Part shown: one piece after another, positions 25,969 to 32,000 of the stretch | Numbering within the stretch: the first letter of the stretch is position 1 | How the letters are laid out: every line of letters starts with the position of its first letter | DNA from: Nitrosopumilaceae archaeon | GTDB lineage: Archaea > Thermoproteota > Nitrososphaeria > Nitrososphaerales > Nitrosopumilaceae | DNA length: 32,000 nt | Assembly: GCA_035935115.1 (NCBI GenBank) | Contig: DASYXK010000021.1 | Location: 268,174-300,173 of the forward strand | Direction: 5' to 3' | Notes under the pieces: generated by a model | Databases searched by the model: none | Told to the model about the DNA's origin: nothing | The model's input: the letters and a program-made list of their open reading frames with translations, nothing else | Position numbers and translations under genes: made by a program

Positions 25969-26360
25969 AGACAAAAGAGAGGTGAAATCAGTTCAAGCAA
26001 GGCTATTGCTAAGATGTATGTTCAAAGTCAAATAGCCGATTTCTGTATGAGATCGGTTAGTTGCCGTTTCTTTTTCTAGTTCTTGCACCTTTTTTGCCTG
26101 CTGCTACATAAGATGCATGTGATCGTTTTTTCATACTTGAATTGGAGTGTACAGGTCATTATAGGGAGCTAGTCGCCAATAGTTGCTTTTTTAATGGAAT
26201 TTTTCAAGCTGATAGTAGATAGAACTAAAAAAGTCAAAGGCATTTATGGGTTGGTAAAATAGTTGTAGTTTTATTTTATAGTACACCCCAATGATACATA
26301 TTAGAATTATAGAAATTTCTACAATCAAATAAATATTAGAAAAAATTAAGATGTATCGGG

Positions 26361-27485
26361 TTGAATCTGAAACTATTATTTATTATCGTACCCATTTTAT
26401 TATTAGCTAGTTTTATTGTAATACATGAAAATTTTGCTTTTGGTCAAACTAATAGTTCTACTACATACAATGTTCCACAAGAACAATCTAATAGCGATGT
26501 TTTGATTATTAATTCCAATACCAAGGAAGCTGGACAAAATAGCGAGACCGTCAAATTACCCATATCTGAACTGCTCTTTGATGTGACACCTAATTATGAC
26601 AAACAAGGTAAAACAGTATCACTTTCTATCAAATTAAAGCCAGGACTTGATGACATATATCAAGCAATTAGTTTATTCAACAAACCACGCGATATCGTAT
26701 TTATTTATCCAAGCTTTACACAGGCGGCATATTCCAATAAGGGTTTTTATGATTACTATCACAAGATATGTGATACAAGTTGTTTGACTGTACCAATTCC
26801 AACAAAGGTAGTAGGATTTCAATCTTCAAGCATAGCAGGCGCGCTTGTACTAAAGCTGTTAAATTATCCTTATGTGAAAGATGAAGACGTAGACAAAAAT
26901 CCTGATATTTTAAAACAATACAAGCGAGTAATAGTTTTGCACAACGAATACGTCACAAAAAAAGAATTTGATGCCATAACAAGTCATCCAGATGTGGTAT
27001 TTCTTTATCCAAATGCTCTCTATGCCAAAGTAAGTGCAAATTATGACAGCAACACCATCACGTTAGTTAGAGGCCATGATTATCCAGCTGGTGTTAGAAA
27101 CGGATTTGATTGGAAGTATGACAATTCTAAATACGAGTATGACATAGAATGCAATAACTGGAATTTCTATTCCAAAGAGATCACACCTCAATATAACCAC
27201 GTATTTCTTAACTGCTATCCTGAATACAGGTTGCTTTACAGTCATGAGATCTTGCTGTTACTGCAAAAACCAGACCCAACAGACTTGGTAAATGATCTTG
27301 CAGACTGGTTGAGATACCCAAATCAGGTAACTTCAACTAGAGTATTAGGTAACTATGATATTTCTGGAACTTACATTCCACAGTGGATAGCAAAACCTGC
27401 CAATTGGTTGTTAAATGGTGATATAAGCGAATATGAATTTGACAATATCATCACCTATCTTTCTCAACAAAACATCATAAGATAA
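26361..27485 (+). CDS. Secreted or membrane-anchored protein of unknown function (374 aa)
   Basis: TTG start followed directly by the signal/anchor LKLLFIIVPILLLASFIVI. Asn/Tyr-rich ectodomain. The C-terminal Trp-rich motif IPQWIAKPANWLLNGDISEYEFDNIITYLSQQNII resembles, from memory, termini seen on Nitrosopumilus extracellular proteins. Confidence 0.7.
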   Translation: MNLKLLFIIVPILLLASFIVIHENFAFGQTNSSTTYNVPQEQSNSDVLIINSNTKEAGQNSETVKLPISELLFDVTPNYDKQGKTVSLSIKLKPGLDDIYQAISLFNKPRDIVFIYPSFTQAAYSNKGFYDYYHKICDTSCLTVPIPTKVVGFQSSSIAGALVLKLLNYPYVKDEDVDKNPDILKQYKRVIVLHNEYVTKKEFDAITSHPDVVFLYPNALYAKVSANYDSNTITLVRGHDYPAGVRNGFDWKYDNSKYEYDIECNNWNFYSKEITPQYNHVFLNCYPEYRLLYSHEILLLLQKPDPTDLVNDLADWLRYPNQVTSTRVLGNYDISGTYIPQWIAKPANWLLNGDISEYEFDNIITYLSQQNIIR

Positions 27486-27900
27486 GATTCAAGATCGTTT
27501 TACGTTGTAATTATTTTTCCTATCTATGTCTTGTTGTAAATTGATTGTTTTTTCTTATTTTCAATTTTGTTCTTTCTTTGTTTGCAATTATAATTTCAAA
27601 TTCTAAAATCCTTTTTGCCAGATGATTTTTGTATTCAAAAAAAATTTTGTGAACACAGTAAGCAATTTATCCTATCAAGTAAATTGTGTTGCAGACCACA
27701 GGACTCTAACGGGATGATGTGTATTATGGCAATCCTTTGACCGTTTGTGATATTGTGGTCACTAATTTTGTATAGTAAATAGAAATACGCAACTAAAATC
27801 GGCAATCATTCAGGATCTCTGATTTATTATCATACAAGATCTCGTCACAAAAGCGGTTTTCTGATGTGTAGTTGAGGTTATTCTAACCAATAAAGAGATT

Positions 27901-28416
27901 CTACTTCATTTTCACATTGATTATCAAAGTGTTCTCAGTAAAATCCAAGGTAGCTTGTCGCCCTAAATTTTCTAACATCCGTTCATGCTGTGTTTTATAG
28001 AAGAATGACCATTTTTTTCCCATATTGTGGTGAATTATGAACTTGATCATTCCTTTCTCACTGGATTCTAAATAATCAATACCAGATTTTCTCAGTCTGT
28101 TCCTTAGGATTGAAAAAAATCCATCAATAGTATTATCACCTGTCATCATTAGCCTGACATCCTTAGTGGAATCTGCAGTCTTAATTGCTATCTTGTAAAG
28201 TGTTTTTTCATCTAATTCATTCATTAATTCCTTAAGTACGTCGGCAAGAACTACAACCCATCCTGCTTTACTTGCGGTACTATCCCATTGGAGATATTCT
28301 GTAAGTATGTGGTTAACCAGCATGTTGAGGTTTAATCCCTCAATTTTTGCTTTTACCCTCAATTTATCCAAACTTGTACTTGGTAATCTAATACTGATGC
28401 TTTTGTCTAAAATCAT
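27901..28416 (-). CDS. Ribbon-helix-helix (CopG/Arc-like) N-terminal domain protein with an unknown C-terminal domain (171 aa)
   Basis: The N-terminus KSISIRLPSTSLDKLRVKAKIEGLNLNMLVNHILTEYL has the beta-strand/helix/helix pattern of RHH DNA-binding domains. The remaining 120 aa or so are unassigned. Confidence 0.55.
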   Translation of the reverse strand: MILDKSISIRLPSTSLDKLRVKAKIEGLNLNMLVNHILTEYLQWDSTASKAGWVVVLADVLKELMNELDEKTLYKIAIKTADSTKDVRLMMTGDNTIDGFFSILRNRLRKSGIDYLESSEKGMIKFIIHHNMGKKWSFFYKTQHERMLENLGRQATLDFTENTLIINVKMK

Positions 28417-28533
28417 GCTTTCACCTCTAGAATTCCCTCATGTGTGTTAAAACAGTATTTGTCAATAAAATCAATGTCTGTTTTATTTTGGACATACCAT
28501 ATGATATGTATTACACTGTAATACAACCTATTA

Positions 28534-28755
28534 ATGAACACAAAACTCTTGGCAGGTCTAGCTGTTTTTGTCTTGCTCATGGGCATTGGCAGTTTTGCAT
28601 TAGGGCATACCGCAGATGCAGAAAAGCCTTCTCCCAAAAAAATACTGAACAAAGTAGAAAAACAAAGAGAAAATAGGGATAAAGCACTAGAGCATGAAAA
28701 AGCAGTAAGTCATGAAAAATCTGTTAAAACACATCCAAAGTCAAATAAAAAGTAA
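28534..28755 (+). CDS. Small secreted Lys/His-rich protein (73 aa)
   Basis: Clear signal peptide MNTKLLAGLAVFVLLMGIGSFALG, then a charged tail with a duplicated HEK(A/S)V motif. Preferred over the overlapping minus-strand ORF 28413..28652, which has no protein-like features. Confidence 0.5.
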   Translation: MNTKLLAGLAVFVLLMGIGSFALGHTADAEKPSPKKILNKVEKQRENRDKALEHEKAVSHEKSVKTHPKSNKK

Positions 28756-28919
28756 AATTTTATTTGACAAATCAAATTTTTTATCATATTACTTGATTAA
28801 TTCACCATATTCATCTGGTACGATATATTTACAATTCTGATCAATCAAGACATTTTTCAAGGTCAAATGAATCAAAAATAAGGTCTAATGATGCTGATTT
28901 GAGGTGTGAAGAAGCGATA

Positions 28920-29126
28920 ATGAAGGATAAGGAGCAGTTTGGAAGGGTTCGAAATAGTCTGATGAAGTATCTAAGAGTAGAATATGGAAATGATGTAGCA
29001 GTAGGGCTCTTAGGAGAATCAATAAGAGAAAAACTGAAGGTTATTTCAAAAATACCATATGATCATTCATCAATTTTGAATCAATTCTTGGCAATTCGTG
29101 GTTGTATTATTAAAAGACATACGTAA
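28920..29126 (+). CDS. Hypothetical protein (68 aa from ATG 28920; the track ORF starts at TTG 28899)
   Basis: ORF MKDKEQFGRVRNSLMKYLRVEYGNDVAVGLLGESIREKL..., on the same strand as and 31 nt upstream of the zinc-ribbon gene. No motif recognised. Confidence 0.4.
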   Translation: MKDKEQFGRVRNSLMKYLRVEYGNDVAVGLLGESIREKLKVISKIPYDHSSILNQFLAIRGCIIKRHT

Positions 29127-29157
29127 GTTTAGCAGAACTATAAGCATACGGATTTAG

Positions 29158-29943
29158 GTGTTCGAGAAAAAATGTCCAATTTGTAATAACAAATTCAAAG
29201 GATCAGAGGGGCAAAAATGTACAGTTCATAAAATTGGACTATGGGTACTTATCTGCAAACAATGCTATGAGACATACGCTCCAACAAAGGAAGAAAAAAA
29301 TATTGAGTTTAATGCGATATGCAATGAATGTGATTCCACCATGCAAGACATTGAGGTAATTGATAAAGGAACAAAAATTATCTTCTTTTGCTCACAGTGC
29401 AAAAAGAATTGGAGCTCAAATGAAATTAAAATTACTAGCAGAAATCAGTTTGATCTGTCAGATGTGACTGTTATCACAGACAAGACAAAATCTGAAATTA
29501 GTTTGTACTACGTTGAAGCACAGATGGTTGATACTAAGGTGTTTGTGAGTAAAAAAAAAGATGAAGATTTTAAACCAATAGAAACAAAGGAGAAAAAGAA
29601 ACCCATTCTTATGAATCGCATACAACTTGAAATTGAACTAGCTAAAGGGGTTGCGAATATGACCACGTGGAATAAGAAATCTACAGATTATGATGTTCAT
29701 GATGGTTTTGGAGTTGGGTATTCCCTTACTATTGCTTTTTCTGAACCTGACAATGTGTTAATGAATTTGCTATTACCTATAATAAGAAATTATGGATTTG
29801 GTTCTATACCAGGTCGGCAATGGAGCCATTGTCATTTAGATAATCAAAATCCAACTAATGAAAAAGCAGAAAAAATTCTGACTGAAGTTACTAACTTAAT
29901 AGCAAACAAACTTCAAAAATCTGTTATTAGATATCTGCCTTAA
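29158..29943 (+). CDS. Double zinc-ribbon protein with an unknown C-terminal domain (261 aa)
   Basis: A GTG start is required because the first knuckle begins at residue 6. Cys pairs: CPIC...CKQC, then CNEC...CSQC. The C-terminal 130 aa or so carry no recognisable motif. Confidence 0.6.
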   Translation: MFEKKCPICNNKFKGSEGQKCTVHKIGLWVLICKQCYETYAPTKEEKNIEFNAICNECDSTMQDIEVIDKGTKIIFFCSQCKKNWSSNEIKITSRNQFDLSDVTVITDKTKSEISLYYVEAQMVDTKVFVSKKKDEDFKPIETKEKKKPILMNRIQLEIELAKGVANMTTWNKKSTDYDVHDGFGVGYSLTIAFSEPDNVLMNLLLPIIRNYGFGSIPGRQWSHCHLDNQNPTNEKAEKILTEVTNLIANKLQKSVIRYLP

Positions 29944-30000
29944 CTCTAAAGCTTTACGACAACAGCATGTTTCTACGAGTAAAAAGGGGGTAAATCATTT

Positions 30001-32000
30001 TTACTCGCTGTCGATAAACTCGTCTGCTGTTGGCGGATCCGGACTTAGGCCCTTTCTCTTTCTGATTTCTGCCAATATGGTAGGCAAGACAGAGTTTGGA
30101 ACAGGTGTCCAAGCTTTAAAGTGCGTGTTCCACATTGCTTTTCCTGCAGTTTGTCCACGCATCACTTCAGAAAGATCAAAAGTTTCAGATGCCGGCATTT
30201 CTCCAGTCAAAATATGTACAACTCCTTTTTGTTCCATGCTTAGTACCTTGCCTCTTTTACCAGATATTACTCCCGCAACGTTTCCAATCATTTCCTGTGG
30301 AACTCGAACTTCAATTCCAAGTGTTGGTTCTAGTAATACGGGATTTGCCAAAAGCATTGCACCCATACAAGCACGTCTTGAAGCAGGACCAAGTTGGGAT
30401 AGACCTCTGTGAGCTGGGTCCTCGTGTGGTACAAAGTGATGGAATGTAAATTTGCATCCTCTAACTTGTTCTCTTGCAAGAGGACCTTCTTTCATGGTAT
30501 CCTCAAAGCCAGACAAGATAGAGTCTGTTGATTCTTGAACAAACTGGACACCTTTGGTACCGTCTACAAAGACGTTTCCTCTTGGATCAAATCGCATAAC
30601 ACGTTTTGCCTCGTCTCTTTCCCAACCAGTGTTCCTTAAAATTTCTGCAACTTCCTTTGTGTCCTTGTATTCGTTTAGTGTTCCGTTTCTAATTAGTTCA
30701 GCAACTTTTTCATCTAGTGGTTCTACTTTTAAAAATATCTTGTTGTGTCTGTTTGGCGACTTTGCCATTATAGGACCTGCTGCTGTCCTAATTGTTTCAC
30801 GATAGTTGATCAGTGGTTGTGATGTTACAACTTGTACTCCAGCGTCTGCAATAAGTGATGTTGCAATCTCAAGGTGCAATACACCCATTCCTGCAATTAC
30901 GGTTTCTCCGCTTTCCTCGTTAATTTTCACAACAAGGTTGGGGTCTTCAATAGTAATACGACGTAAAGCTTCAACGAGTTTTGGAAGATCCTTTGGATGT
31001 TTTGGTTCTACAGCAATTTGTACAACAGGCTCCGAAACATATTGAATTCCTTCAAAGGTATGAATACCAGCTACACTTGAAAGTGTTTGACCTGCTCTTG
31101 CATGTTCTAATCCTAAAAGTGCAGGAATGTTTCCTGCAGCAAGTTCACCTACCATTTCACGTTGGTTTCCCATGAAAAAGTTAACCGATTGTACTCTTCC
31201 TTCTCGTTTGGAATCTATAAGGTATATTCTGTCACCGTCTTTTATTTTACCAGAAAATAATCTGCCAATAGCTACAGGACCTGCAGCTGGATCCACTGTC
31301 ATGTTTACAATCATCATAACAGTTGGACCATTGTCATCACAATTCAAAAGTGCTTTACCTAAATCAGATTCTAAATCACCTTTCCAAATTTTTGGAATTC
31401 TGTATTTTTGTGCAACATCAGGTGATGGATGATGTTTTACAACCATTCCAAGTACAGCGTCATAGAGTGGTGCTTTTTCTGCAAGCGCTTTGATGTCACC
31501 GCCTTCAGAATATGCGGCATAGATGTCCTTGAATGAAATTCCTTTTTTCTTCATTACATCTGCGTTAAATCCCCACTTGTCCTTTGCAGAGCCAAATGAA
31601 ACGCTTCCATCTTGAATGCTAACCTTCCATTTTTCCTTGTATTCTGGTTCTGCGTAAATGTCAATTAATCTGTTAAAGTTTGTAATAATATCTACAAGCC
31701 ACTCTTGCATTTTTTCTGGAGGGAGTCTGAGTTCTTTTATGAGACGATCTATTTTATTGATGTAAAGCACCGGTCTGACTCTTTCTTCAAGAGCTTGTCT
31801 TGTCACGGTCTCTGTCTGAGTCATTATTCCTTCAACAGAGTCTGAAACTACTACCGCCCCATCAATTGCTCTAAGGCTACGGGTAACACGCCCAGTAAAG
31901 TCAATGTGTCCGGGAGTATCAATCATGTTGATTACATATTCCTGATCTCCCTGTTCATAAAGTAAAGTAACATTTGCTTGAACAATTGTCATCTGTCTGT
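30001..32000 (-). CDS. fusA: Translation elongation factor aEF-2 (partial; N-terminus beyond the window)
   Basis: G-domain DTPGHIDF and NKIDR. Domain IV tip HEDPAHRG contains the diphthamide-target His context. The reading frame stays open through 32000, so Met at 31992 is internal. All plus-strand ORFs 30077-31432 are antisense shadows. Confidence 0.95.
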   Translation of the reverse strand, partial: RQMTIVQANVTLLYEQGDQEYVINMIDTPGHIDFTGRVTRSLRAIDGAVVVSDSVEGIMTQTETVTRQALEERVRPVLYINKIDRLIKELRLPPEKMQEWLVDIITNFNRLIDIYAEPEYKEKWKVSIQDGSVSFGSAKDKWGFNADVMKKKGISFKDIYAAYSEGGDIKALAEKAPLYDAVLGMVVKHHPSPDVAQKYRIPKIWKGDLESDLGKALLNCDDNGPTVMMIVNMTVDPAAGPVAIGRLFSGKIKDGDRIYLIDSKREGRVQSVNFFMGNQREMVGELAAGNIPALLGLEHARAGQTLSSVAGIHTFEGIQYVSEPVVQIAVEPKHPKDLPKLVEALRRITIEDPNLVVKINEESGETVIAGMGVLHLEIATSLIADAGVQVVTSQPLINYRETIRTAAGPIMAKSPNRHNKIFLKVEPLDEKVAELIRNGTLNEYKDTKEVAEILRNTGWERDEAKRVMRFDPRGNVFVDGTKGVQFVQESTDSILSGFEDTMKEGPLAREQVRGCKFTFHHFVPHEDPAHRGLSQLGPASRRACMGAMLLANPVLLEPTLGIEVRVPQEMIGNVAGVISGKRGKVLSMEQKGVVHILTGEMPASETFDLSEVMRGQTAGKAMWNTHFKAWTPVPNSVLPTILAEIRKRKGLSPDPPTADEFIDSE

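Noticed and set aside
24749-26056. CCGAT...ATCGG short palindromes on both sides of the rlmN-like gene (24749-24763 and 26036-26056) as possible insertion-element ends
   Set aside because: The stems are only 5 bp and the loops differ. Matches of this size are expected by chance, and there are no target-site duplications or a transposase.
26057-26134. 25-aa highly basic minus-strand ORF (MKKRSHASYVAAGKKGARTRKRNGN) in the intermediate-GC tail after rlmN
   Set aside because: It is too short and low-complexity to call. It may be a remnant of a gene co-transferred with rlmN, but nothing supports expression.
28413-28652. Minus-strand 79-aa ORF downstream-overlapping the RHH gene
   Set aside because: It overlaps the plus-strand ORF 28534..28755, which has a textbook signal peptide. 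The minus-strand product has no protein-like features.
29551-29559. A9 homopolymer inside the zinc-ribbon CDS as a possible phase-variation switch
   Set aside because: It encodes a Lys run (SKKKD). Such A-runs are common in this AT-rich genome, and there is no evidence of frame variation.
24771-29993. Imperfect direct repeat (catttcta..tctacgaaaaaaaa near 24771-24798 versus catgtttctacgagtaaaaa near 29967-29993) as att-like borders of the accessory region
   Set aside because: The longest exact shared core is about 7-8 nt. My rough estimate for this AT-rich composition and search space is about 0.5 chance 8-mer matches, so the repeat is not significant. No integrase or tRNA target is present.
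30077-31432. Five plus-strand ORFs antisense to aEF-2
   Set aside because: These are shadow ORFs of a highly conserved, strongly codon-biased gene. They have no independent support.
1-32000. Scan for CRISPR arrays, tRNA/rRNA genes, transposases, integrases and inteins
   Set aside because: I saw no regularly spaced direct repeats, no GC-rich cloverleaf-sized segments in this AT-rich background, and no recombinase-like ORFs. This was a by-eye scan only, so small or degenerate elements could have been missed.

Overview
Low-GC (about one third G+C by eye) archaeal chromosome segment. TBP, Rpo7/RpoE', Spt4, aEF-2, PurP, NurA-HerA-Mre11-Rad50, TatAC and the AT-rich codon usage suggest a marine ammonia-oxidising thaumarchaeon (Nitrosopumilales-like); this assignment is inference only. 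Positions 1-24.6 kb are tightly packed core genome: a partial Mrp/NBP35 Fe-S carrier, rpoE'-spt4-nadC, nadA-nadX (de novo NAD via aspartate dehydrogenase), a convergent proline dehydrogenase / P5C dehydrogenase pair, a translationally coupled nurA-herA-mre11-rad50 operon, a small HEAT-repeat protein, tatC-tatA, purP, a DUF151 nuclease, a methyltransferase, DedA, a CorA-like protein, an SNF2 helicase and tbp. Positions 24.6-30 kb, between tbp and aEF-2, look accessory. They hold a compositionally foreign (about 50% GC) bacterial-type RlmN/Cfr radical-SAM methyltransferase, followed by AT-rich ORFans: a secreted protein, an RHH-domain protein, a small secreted peptide and a double zinc-ribbon protein, separated by unusually long non-coding gaps. 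I found no rRNA, tRNA, CRISPR array, transposase or integrase. Several sub-60-aa genes missing from the ORF track were found by hand: tatA, a C2H2 zinc-finger protein and a CxxC zinc-ribbon micro-protein. The two observations most worth follow-up are the horizontally acquired rlmN/cfr-like gene and a half-size deoxyhypusine-hydroxylase-like HEAT protein carrying two His-Glu motifs. I did not find a convincing novel multi-gene system; the candidates are flagged with their uncertainty.
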